Shown here: positions 8,727 through 15,938 of the stretch, piece after piece
Layout of the letters: each line of letters begins with the position of its first letter
Numbering within the stretch: the first letter of the stretch is position 1
Assembly: GCA_038207085.1 (NCBI GenBank)
Contig: JBBRAE010000045.1
Span: 1 to 19,521 of the forward strand
DNA: 19,521 bases
Reading direction: 5' to 3'
Source: Armatimonadota bacterium
GTDB taxonomy: Bacteria; Armatimonadota; UBA5829; DTLH01
Notes under the pieces: generated by a model
The model's database searches: none
Told to the model about the DNA's origin: nothing
Seen by the model: the letters and a program-made list of their open reading frames with translations, nothing else
Program-made: the position numbers and the translations under genes

Positions 8727-8852
8727 TGAGCTATTAGCTGTTAGCTGTTAGCCCGCTTTATTCGTGAAGCGAATAAAGCTCTCGCTAGCAAAGCATTATT
8801 CACGCTCCTCGTGAATAATGCAGGTTAGCAGTTAGCTATTAGCTATTAGCTG
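8727..8852. repeat. 73-bp twin-hairpin element (8752-8824) embedded in a TTAGCTN heptamer array
   Basis: Stem 1 is GCTTTATTCG-tgaag-CGAATAAAGC (8755-8779). Stem 2 is GCATTATTCACG-ctcct-CGTGAATAATGC (8793-8821). TTAG lies directly on both sides. It matches 19301-19373 at 65/73 positions. Confidence 0.92.
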
Positions 8853-9800
8853 TCAGGCCGCACCCATATCGGTGGGGCCGGTGTTTCTTCTTACTTCCTC
8901 AAGTATGTCCCCAGCACCTCTTTCGAGGAGTATTTGGGCTACTTTCTCGCCCAATTCCGAGGTTTCTTCTATAGCAGCCGAAGATTCGGCTCGGACGAGG
9001 CTCTTGCCGTCGAGGCTTGCTACCATCGCCCGCAGAACCAGTCGATTGTCTTTCCAGGCGGCGTTGGCGGCGATCGGGGTCTGGCAGCCTCCTGAGAGAG
9101 CGGACATCAGTTTTCGTTCTTCAGCGACAGCGGTGCGCGAAGCAAAATGGTCGACTTTGTGCAAAAGATCGGCGGCCAAGTGGTCGTCGGAGCGAATCTG
9201 AACAGCAAGCGCGCCCTGACCGACAGCCGGAAGGCAGATATCGTATGGAATCTTCTCGGCGATCTCACCGTCCCAGCCCAGCCTGAAAAGCCCGGCATAG
9301 GCCAGGATTATACCGTCATAATCACCGGTCTGAAGCCGCCTGATGCGCGTGTCGAGGTTGCCGCGCAGGTCCTGAAACAGAAGATCCGGGCGGTGCGCCA
9401 TAAGCTGCGCCTTGCGCCTGAGGCTCGACGAACCGATCCTCGCGCCACGGGGCAGGTCGGCGAGCTTCCCCTGTGTTGAGAGCAAAACGTCGCTTGCGTC
9501 GACCCGCATCGGCACCGCGCCGATGGTGAGGCCTTCGGTCATCTCACTTGGGAGGTCTTTCATGCTGTGGACCGCGAGGTCGATCTTTACCTCGGCCAGC
9601 GCGACTTCGATCTCTTTTACAAACAGCCCCTTGTCGCCGATCTTGGCGAGCGGAGTGTCGAGGATCTTGTCGCCCTTGGTCCTGATGATCTCAATCCGGG
9701 TCACAACCCCGGGGTTATGAAGTTTTATCTGATCGGCCAGCCACTGCGTCTGCGTAAGCGCAAGCTTGCTTCCGCGCGAGCCGATGATGATTTCAGCCAT
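8853..9800 (-). CDS. hemC: Hydroxymethylbilane synthase (porphobilinogen deaminase)
   Basis: IGSRGSKLALTQ, GDKGLFVKEIE, DLAVHSMKDLP, GSSSLRR, RGNLDTR, LPAVGQGAL and GGCQTPI. Start placed at ATG 9800. The track start at 9866 translates repeat DNA. Confidence 0.97.
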   Translation of the reverse strand: MAEIIIGSRGSKLALTQTQWLADQIKLHNPGVVTRIEIIRTKGDKILDTPLAKIGDKGLFVKEIEVALAEVKIDLAVHSMKDLPSEMTEGLTIGAVPMRVDASDVLLSTQGKLADLPRGARIGSSSLRRKAQLMAHRPDLLFQDLRGNLDTRIRRLQTGDYDGIILAYAGLFRLGWDGEIAEKIPYDICLPAVGQGALAVQIRSDDHLAADLLHKVDHFASRTAVAEERKLMSALSGGCQTPIAANAAWKDNRLVLRAMVASLDGKSLVRAESSAAIEETSELGEKVAQILLERGAGDILEEVRRNTGPTDMGAA

Positions 9801-9822
9801 ATAACGTGTTACGCGCCCCCAG

Positions 9823-9910
9823 CCCACTTTATTCGCTTCACGAATAAAGCTCTCGCTAGCCTGCACTATTCAGGCTAGCCTACGGGCTCATTAATCGAGA
9901 CCGTAGGCTA
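9823..9910. repeat. Partial copy of the 73-bp element with an inverted loop, plus two further hairpins
   Basis: 9823-9860 reads CCCACTTTATTCG-cttca-CGAATAAAGCTCTCGCTAGC. GCTAGCCTG/CAGGCTAGC spans 9855-9879 and TAGCCTACGG/CCGTAGGCTA spans 9876-9910. Confidence 0.85.
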
Positions 9911-9918
9911 TTATATCA
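9910..9918 (-). promoter_or_regulatory. Putative extended -10 promoter (TGATATAAT) for hemC
   Basis: Perfect TGnTATAAT on the minus strand just after the hemX-like stop codon. No good -35 box is visible. Confidence 0.55.
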
Positions 9919-9926
9919 TGTATTGG

Positions 9927-10709
9927 CTACACAAAGCCGTGAAGCGCCGTCGTGAGCGCAATAAGTACCGCCCCGACCAGCAAAATCCAGTTCGCCCGGC
10001 GGCCTCGCCAGTCCGGGCTTGAGTGTGCGAGCATGTATGCCGCATAGACTATCCATGTCAGGCCCGACGCGATGAGTCGCACGCCTGCGCCGTGTTCCCG
10101 AAGCCTCGCGGCCTCGACCCCAACGATCCCCGTCACAATCCCAAGAGTGAGCAACGGAAAACCGACCGCAGCCAAGTGATACGCGAGCGAATTGACCGTC
10201 TCAAGCGGTGGAAGCCTGCGAAACATCCCCCGAAACTTCTTACTTTTAAGCAGTTTGTTCTGCACGAGATAGAAGATTGCACAGCAAAAGGCGAGGACGA
10301 AAAGCGCGAAGCTTGCGACAATCGCCGCAATATGGATGCGAAGCCACGCGCCGCTTGCGAGCGGCACACCGGCCTCCGGTGGGAAGCGATAGACAAGCGC
10401 AAGCGCGATGACCGAAAGCGGCATCGCAAGCGCACCGACCGCAGGCAGCTTGAACTTGAGAAGTATGATCAGATACGTCCCGGCGATCGCCCACGACAGG
10501 AAAAATATCGCCTCAAGCGCGTTTGCGAAAGGCGTTGAGTTTGCGGCGGTCTGCATACCGAGGCGCACCGACTGGATGACAAACCCCGCGACAGCCGCCG
10601 TCGTGCCATAACCCGCGACGCTTCTGTGCTTGATGTGCAGGTTCGCGAGGTAGAGCACCGAGGCTATAAAATAGGCCACAAGGCTTGTGCCAAGCAGAGT
10701 CGACGTCAC
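9927..10709 (-). CDS. Cytochrome c assembly family membrane protein (CcsA superfamily, HemX/YpjD-like)
   Basis: About 8 hydrophobic segments, WLRIH, RRLPPLET, GFPLLTLGIVTG, WRGRRA and a C-terminal His. It lies between hemA and hemC, as hemX does in Bacillus hemAXC. It lacks a WWD motif. Confidence 0.85.
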   Translation of the reverse strand: MTSTLLGTSLVAYFIASVLYLANLHIKHRSVAGYGTTAAVAGFVIQSVRLGMQTAANSTPFANALEAIFFLSWAIAGTYLIILLKFKLPAVGALAMPLSVIALALVYRFPPEAGVPLASGAWLRIHIAAIVASFALFVLAFCCAIFYLVQNKLLKSKKFRGMFRRLPPLETVNSLAYHLAAVGFPLLTLGIVTGIVGVEAARLREHGAGVRLIASGLTWIVYAAYMLAHSSPDWRGRRANWILLVGAVLIALTTALHGFV

Positions 10710-11986
10710 TTCTTGACCTCCGGTTCGTCGTTTATCCCAAAAATCTCCCGCGCGACCTCAAGCTTGCCCAGCCCGTCGCCGTTTGAGGCGTATTCCTTGA
10801 TCTTGAGCAGCGAATCGTGCGAAATCTTGTTGATGAGCGACTGCATCATCACCTTGATCGCCTCCTGGTCGGTCTCGGAGAGGTGCGAGAGCTTCGAGCT
10901 CGTCCTCGCCCATTCGGCGTCTCGCAGGTGGTCGTATTTGTCGCGAATCTGCTTTATCAAGGGCACCGCTTCCAGGGTTCTAAGGCGAACGTTGAACTTC
11001 TGTACCTCTTCGGCGACAATGGCACGCACGCGCTCGATCTCTTTCTTTCGCCCGGATATCGACTGCTGCACGAGCGTGTCGAGGTCGTCGATGTCGTAGA
11101 GAAAGACCCCGTCAAGCTCACCCGCGCTGGGGTCGATGTCACGGGGAACGGCGATGTCGATCATGAAAATGGGACGTCTGCGCCGCTCGCGGGTGATTTT
11201 CTTCATCATACCCCGCGTGACGATCGCATCGGGCGCGCCGGTCGAGGTGATGACGATGTCAGAGTGGAGCATCTCTTCAGGGAAACGGTCGAACTCAACC
11301 GCGCGGCCTCCGAGCTTGCAGGCAAGCTCTTCCGCGCGAGAGAAAGTTCGGTTGGAGACGGCGATCGAGGTCGCGCCGGAGGACTGCATGTGCTTTGCTG
11401 TAAGCTCGCTCATCTTGCCCGCGCCGAGGATCAGAATGGAGCGTCCCTCAAGCTCGCCGAAAATCGAGCGGGCAAGCTCTACAGCGGCGTAACCGACCGA
11501 GAACGCGCCTCGGGAGATGTCGGTTTCGGTGCGCGCGCGTTTGCCGACGTAGAGCGCCTGCTGAAAGAGGTGGTTCATAAGCGCCTTGGTCACGTCGGAC
11601 TCGCCTGCGACGCAGAAGGCGTTTTTGATCTGGTTTACGATCTGGTTCTCACCGACCATCATCGAGTCGATCCCCGCAGCGACACGGAACAGGTGCTCGA
11701 CCGCCTTGTGCCCGTGGTGCCGGTAGAGCTTGTCCTCGAAGCTTGCGCGCTCGACCTCGTGGTAGTCGCTCATGAACTGGACAAGAGCGTCTTCGTCTTC
11801 GCGGGTATTGGTGACGGCGTAGATTTCGGTGCGGTTGCAGGTGGAGAGGATGCAGCACTCGACGACGCAGTGGCAGGCGTTCAGAGTCGCAAGCGCCTTC
11901 GGCAGGTTACCATCCGAAACCGCGCACTTTTCCCTAACCTCGACAGGGGCCGTTTTGTGGTTGAGTCCGATCACTACCAGGTGCAT
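10706..11986 (-). CDS. hemA: Glutamyl-tRNA reductase
   Basis: GLNHKTAPVEVRE, STCNRTE, HLFRVAAGIDSMMVGE.QI, LGAGKM and IDIAVPRDID. Start is ATG 11986, with TTG 11998 as an alternative. Confidence 0.97.
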   Translation of the reverse strand: MHLVVIGLNHKTAPVEVREKCAVSDGNLPKALATLNACHCVVECCILSTCNRTEIYAVTNTREDEDALVQFMSDYHEVERASFEDKLYRHHGHKAVEHLFRVAAGIDSMMVGENQIVNQIKNAFCVAGESDVTKALMNHLFQQALYVGKRARTETDISRGAFSVGYAAVELARSIFGELEGRSILILGAGKMSELTAKHMQSSGATSIAVSNRTFSRAEELACKLGGRAVEFDRFPEEMLHSDIVITSTGAPDAIVTRGMMKKITRERRRRPIFMIDIAVPRDIDPSAGELDGVFLYDIDDLDTLVQQSISGRKKEIERVRAIVAEEVQKFNVRLRTLEAVPLIKQIRDKYDHLRDAEWARTSSKLSHLSETDQEAIKVMMQSLINKISHDSLLKIKEYASNGDGLGKLEVAREIFGINDEPEVKK

Positions 11987-11992
11987 ATTGGC

Positions 11993-12020
11993 TATCAACT
12001 GTCAGCTTTCAGCTGGCAAC
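11993..12020. repeat. Heptamer array (TATCAAC TGTCAGC TTTCAGC TGGCAAC) overlapping the 3' end of sirC
   Basis: Four degenerate 7-mers related to the TTAGCTN family. They encode the terminal CQLKADS and the stop codon. Confidence 0.55.
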
Positions 12021-12657
12021 TGCTTAGGTATTCAGCGATAACGTTGAAGGCGAGGGCGTAGGCTTCGTCTTTTCGGCCTTCGCTCAGCAGATAGAGCACT
12101 TCTGAGCCGAGAATCTTCTTTAGAACAGTTTCGCGCTCGGGCTGGGTCGGGATTTGGCGCTTGACGATCTCGCGCATCTCGCCCATCAGCTTGGTGAGCT
12201 CACCATATTCTGGCCCGAAAAGCTCGCCGATTCGCTCCTTGACGAGCTTGGTTAGGGCCGGGCTCTTGCCGTTGGTGCTGACGCTGATCGTCAGGTCGCC
12301 CCGCCGGACGTTGGCAGGGACGATGAACCCGCAGAGGTCGGGCACGTCGACGACGTTTACGAGCACGTTTGCGGCCTTGGCATCGTTTGAGACGAGGGCG
12401 TTGGCATCCCGGTCGTCGGTTGCGGCGATCACCATAACAGCGCCGTCCAGGTCGCCGGTTTGGTAAGCTCTGCGCTCCATTTTGACCTTGCCGGACTGTT
12501 CCATGTTCAAGATTTCGGGGTCCATCTCAGGCGAGACGACGGTCACGCGCGCGCCGAATTCGAGCAAGGTCTCGACCTTGCGCCGCGCGATCGTTCCGCC
12601 GCCGACAACCACAACGGGCTGGTCGGTTAGATCAACTAGAATTGGATAGTAGGGCAT
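11995..12657 (-). CDS. sirC: Precorrin-2 dehydrogenase / sirohydrochlorin ferrochelatase (SirC / Met8 / CysG N-terminal type)
   Basis: YYPILVDL, VVGGGTIARRK, AATDD, VNVVDVP.LC.FIVPA and VSTNGKSPAL. Confidence 0.93.
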   Translation of the reverse strand: MPYYPILVDLTDQPVVVVGGGTIARRKVETLLEFGARVTVVSPEMDPEILNMEQSGKVKMERRAYQTGDLDGAVMVIAATDDRDANALVSNDAKAANVLVNVVDVPDLCGFIVPANVRRGDLTISVSTNGKSPALTKLVKERIGELFGPEYGELTKLMGEMREIVKRQIPTQPERETVLKKILGSEVLYLLSEGRKDEAYALAFNVIAEYLSSCQLKADS

Positions 12658-12663
12658 ATTGGT

Positions 12664-12669
12664 ATTATA
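12664..12669 (-). promoter_or_regulatory. TATAAT box 6 nt upstream of the sirC ATG (candidate leaderless promoter of the hem operon)
   Basis: The minus strand reads gctaagc-TATAAT-accaat-ATG. There is no Shine-Dalgarno sequence. Confidence 0.55.
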
Positions 12670-12802
12670 GCTTAGCTATTGTGTGCTGCGGGAAAGATTC
12701 GTTTCGTCCCACTTCTTAAGTCTAAGAGGGCTTAGTTCTCGCAGCATACATCAAATTGATCTCAGCCGACTGATCGGAAGTGAACTCCCTTGCTGTTCTT
12801 TG

Positions 12803-12826
12803 CGTGCGCGATACAAATCGCGCACG
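12803..12826. other. Perfect 10-bp stem hairpin downstream of ccmF (possible terminator or stabiliser)
   Basis: CGTGCGCGAT-acaa-ATCGCGCACG. No U-tract follows it on the minus-strand transcript. Confidence 0.5.
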
Positions 12827-12849
12827 ATCATTCACCATATCGCACACGA

Positions 12850-15360
12850 TCATTCGCTTCCGGCAGCTGCCTCGCCGGTACGACGCCACATCGCTATGGC
12901 GCCGCCGATCAGCGCTAGCGCTGCGCCGACCCAGAGCAGGCTTATGAACGGCTTTACGCTCACGTCTACGACTGCGGTCGGGACGGTTGGTGTGAAGGTG
13001 AGGAGAGCCTCTCCGGTGTTCACATCGACGTTTGACAGCGCAACTGTCGTGCTTGCGAACGGGATCATTACCGGCTCGCTTGAAACAGAGTCCTCGCCAG
13101 CGTCACTCGGCTGGTAGACGGGCTGAACGGTCGCTGTCCTGCCGCCACGGGCGACCTTGATTGTCGCACCGACCTGCATGTGCTCAGCGTGGTTTCCAGT
13201 CGGGAAATACCACTCCCTAAACGTAAGGGTGTAGTCGCCTACTTTGACGGTCGATCCCTTCTCAAGAGAGGCCGACACGGGTGCGCCGCCGTCGGGTGTG
13301 AGCGTGATATCGACCGTTTTCGACTCGACACGGATGCCGTCGATTCCGATCTTTGCGCCCATCCCGGCTGCAGGCACCGCGACACCCGCGGACTTGTGGC
13401 TCTGCACAGCGACCAAAAACGGCGTGACTTTCTCGGTCTTGCCATCTCGCCTGATGCTGAGCTGCGAACCGATTCGCATGTCCCCCGAGCCGTGGCCCTC
13501 GGGAACTATGAACTTCTCGAACTTGACCTCAAAATCCTGCACGGCAAGCGTCTGGCCGCGCGACATCTGCTTTTGCTCGCTTCCGGGGATCGATTTGGGG
13601 GCGATGTAGAGGTCGCGCCCGAGCGTTTTGACGATGTGCGGCGAGGCGAGCATCTGCTCGTCGCGCGTTAGCTGCATTATCGGCATCGCATGGGTCACGC
13701 GCCCGCCGCGCTCGATCTTGATCCTGAGCCCCGACTTCTTTTCGCTGAACTCCCTGGTCCCTTCGTATGAGAGCTTGTAGCCGAACGCCTCGACGGGTTT
13801 GCCGCCCTGGGGAAGCACCACCGCGCGCGATGGGCCGCCAAAGGCCGAAGTGACGACGCCGACGAACATCATCCCCATCCCAACGTGCGCCGCGTAGCTT
13901 CCGATAAGCCGTATCCCGTGCTTCGATGTGCGGCCAAGAACCACCGCATTGATGATGAGCCCCGCAAGCGACGCCACAGCCACCAGAGCCATAAACACCC
14001 CGGCAGCGCTTGATGAAAGATGCAGTTTCGGCGCGACAAACGGGATGCCGATCAGCACGGCGGCGATTATGACACCTATGCCCTGCTGGGTTTCGCTTCC
14101 ACTGCCTTTTCGCCAGGGAGCGATCGGCGCGAGGGCCATCAGGGCGAAAATAACGAGCGCAATCGGGGTTCCGACCTTGTTGTAGAACGATGCGTCGACC
14201 CCAGCCTGCTGCTTCACCTGTCCGCCGTGCGCGGCGATCTTGGCAAATATCGGGACCGATGTCCCCACAAGCACCACAGTCGCGCAGAGCACGAACATCA
14301 CAATCGCGAGAAAAAAGACGTAGTCTTTTGAGAATATCGACGAGAAACTTGGGGTGCCGCCGATCTTCTTCCAGCGAAAAGCCGAGAGCCCGAGCGAAAA
14401 CGCCAGAAACACTCCCATAAAGATAAGAAGCGGCTGGCCTATTTTCGCGTCGCCGAAGGTGTGGACCGAGAAGCCTTCGAGGGCGTTGCTTCGGGTGAGG
14501 AACGTCGCATAAAAGACAAAGAGGAACGTCACAAGTGCAAGGCCGACGTTCGTTCGCTTGAACGCGCCGCGGGCGCGCTCGGCGATCATACCGTGGAGCA
14601 GCGCCGTCCCGGTGAGCCAAGGGATTAGCGAGGCGTTCTCAACCGGGTCCCATCCCCAGTATCCGCCCCAACCCAGCACCTCATAGGCCCAGTAAGAGCC
14701 GAGGATGATCCCCAAGCCAAGGGTTATCCATCCGAAAATCGCCCAGGGAAGGGTCGTCTTGACCCAGCTCTTGGTGTTCCCACTTATGAGCCCGGCGACC
14801 GCAAATGCAGCGGGTACGCACATCGCAGCGTAGCCTATAAAGACAAGCGGCGGATGGATCGCCATCCACGGGTTCTGCAAAAGCTCGCGCAGCCCCGCGC
14901 CGTCGGTCACCTGGGAGAGCGTCTGCGGGTCAAGCGCCTTGAAGGGGCTGTCGATCAGGAGCAGCACCAGGAAAAGCAGTTGCCCCGTGCTCCAAAACGC
15001 CATCATCCAAGGCTCGAACTCGCGCGATTTTACCATCACCCATACGCCGAGCAAGCCCGAGCAGAGCGCCCAGAACAGGAACGAACCCTGCTGACCGGCC
15101 CAGAAGACCGATATCTTATACATCAGCGCGAGGTCTTTTGAGCTGTTGTTAAAGACGTACGCGACGTCGTAGCGGTTCGCGAGGATCAGCCACATGAAGT
15201 AGGCCGAAATCGCCACCACCGCCGCCGTAGCCGCGAGATAAGCCATTCGCCCAAGGCTAGTAAGCTCCTCGCGACTACTGATCGCCGCGCCGATATATGC
15301 TGCTATTGCTCCGACCGTGACGATTAGGGTCACGATCAACATTAAGTCACCAAGTTGCAT
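12850..15360 (-). CDS. ccmF: Cytochrome c heme lyase CcmF with a long C-terminal soluble extension (836 aa)
   Basis: FWAGQQGSFLFW, LLQNPWMAIHPP, WAYEVLGWGGYWGWDPVENAS, FLTRS...SVHTF, AAHVG and terminal KPFISLLWVG. Confidence 0.95.
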   Translation of the reverse strand: MQLGDLMLIVTLIVTVGAIAAYIGAAISSREELTSLGRMAYLAATAAVVAISAYFMWLILANRYDVAYVFNNSSKDLALMYKISVFWAGQQGSFLFWALCSGLLGVWVMVKSREFEPWMMAFWSTGQLLFLVLLLIDSPFKALDPQTLSQVTDGAGLRELLQNPWMAIHPPLVFIGYAAMCVPAAFAVAGLISGNTKSWVKTTLPWAIFGWITLGLGIILGSYWAYEVLGWGGYWGWDPVENASLIPWLTGTALLHGMIAERARGAFKRTNVGLALVTFLFVFYATFLTRSNALEGFSVHTFGDAKIGQPLLIFMGVFLAFSLGLSAFRWKKIGGTPSFSSIFSKDYVFFLAIVMFVLCATVVLVGTSVPIFAKIAAHGGQVKQQAGVDASFYNKVGTPIALVIFALMALAPIAPWRKGSGSETQQGIGVIIAAVLIGIPFVAPKLHLSSSAAGVFMALVAVASLAGLIINAVVLGRTSKHGIRLIGSYAAHVGMGMMFVGVVTSAFGGPSRAVVLPQGGKPVEAFGYKLSYEGTREFSEKKSGLRIKIERGGRVTHAMPIMQLTRDEQMLASPHIVKTLGRDLYIAPKSIPGSEQKQMSRGQTLAVQDFEVKFEKFIVPEGHGSGDMRIGSQLSIRRDGKTEKVTPFLVAVQSHKSAGVAVPAAGMGAKIGIDGIRVESKTVDITLTPDGGAPVSASLEKGSTVKVGDYTLTFREWYFPTGNHAEHMQVGATIKVARGGRTATVQPVYQPSDAGEDSVSSEPVMIPFASTTVALSNVDVNTGEALLTFTPTVPTAVVDVSVKPFISLLWVGAALALIGGAIAMWRRTGEAAAGSE

Positions 15361-15387
15361 AGTTTTCCTTAGTTCAGAGTGGGACTA

Positions 15388-15525
15388 TGTTGGCCCGGAT
15401 TTGCAATCCGGGGCCCAAGGGCAAACAAGGGATCTGTGATCCCGTTCTTTCGACTGTGCCCAATCTACCGGCATCACAGATGCCTGTCTGGCCCAGACGT
15501 CCCGGATCACAGATCCGGACGAACA
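15388..15525. repeat. About 138-bp REPIN/MITE-like element: palindromic terminal inverted repeats and internal triloop hairpins
   Basis: 15389-15414 (GTTGGCCCGGATTTGCAATCCGGGGC) matches the reverse complement of 15499-15524 (GTTCGTCCGGATCTGTGATCCGGGAC) at 20/26 positions. Internal hairpins lie at 15429-15443, 15470-15484 and 15486-15498. Confidence 0.8.
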
Positions 15526-15533
15526 AAGAAAAA

Positions 15534-15561
15534 CCAGCCCCTGACCCCCAACCTCTAGCCC
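15534..15561. repeat. C-rich heptamer array (CCAGCCC CTGACCC CCAACCT CTAGCCC)
   Basis: Four 7-mers directly after the ccmE stop codon, of the same family as 5401-5472. Confidence 0.7.
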
Positions 15562-15563
15562 AT

Positions 15564-15938
15564 CTACTTCGTGTTTTGATACTTCGACGGGCACTTCACA
15601 AGAAGCTGTTCGGCCTGGAAGGCGTTGTCTTTGTACTGGCCGACTGCGACTACCTTGTCCGCCTGCTCGAAATTGCCGGGTTTGACGCCTCGATAGACGA
15701 CTTTCATACCCTCGCCACCCTCGTCTTTCACGTAGAAGACGAATGCGCCGAGTCTTTGGTCAAAGGTCGAGCCTTTGGTCTTGTCGACCGCGCCGGGGAC
15801 TTGGATTTTGTCCTTGGATGACGCCCGCACCTCGCTAAATGAGGTGACGTAGGGGGTCATCGAGCTTTTCAGGCTCGACGCGCCGAGTGCGATAAAGGCG
15901 ATCACCACTACTGCGGCGATTATGTAGTAACTCTTCAT
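15564..15938 (-). CDS. ccmE: Heme chaperone CcmE, CxxxY (System I*) variant
   Basis: N-terminal membrane anchor, VVYRGVKPGNF, VVAVG and C-terminal LLVKCPSKY in place of HxxxY. Confidence 0.95.
   Translation of the reverse strand: MKSYYIIAAVVVIAFIALGASSLKSSMTPYVTSFSEVRASSKDKIQVPGAVDKTKGSTFDQRLGAFVFYVKDEGGEGMKVVYRGVKPGNFEQADKVVAVGQYKDNAFQAEQLLVKCPSKYQNTK

Noticed and set aside
9801..9866. N-terminal extension of HemC (MQASESFIREANK...)
   Set aside because: It is translation of the repeat element. Homology begins at ATG 9800.
10817..12061. 414-aa plus-strand ORF, and similar ORFs such as 2768-3982, 1671-2660 and 13529-14620
   Set aside because: These are antisense or alternate-frame shadows of well-supported genes in GC-rich DNA, with no recognisable motifs.
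12683..13117. 144-aa plus-strand ORF in the sirC-ccmF spacer
   Set aside because: It mostly overlaps ccmF antisense and has no RBS or family motif.
15385..15821. Small ORFs across the ccmE-ccmF spacer
   Set aside because: They translate the hairpin element and heptamer repeats and overlap ccmE.
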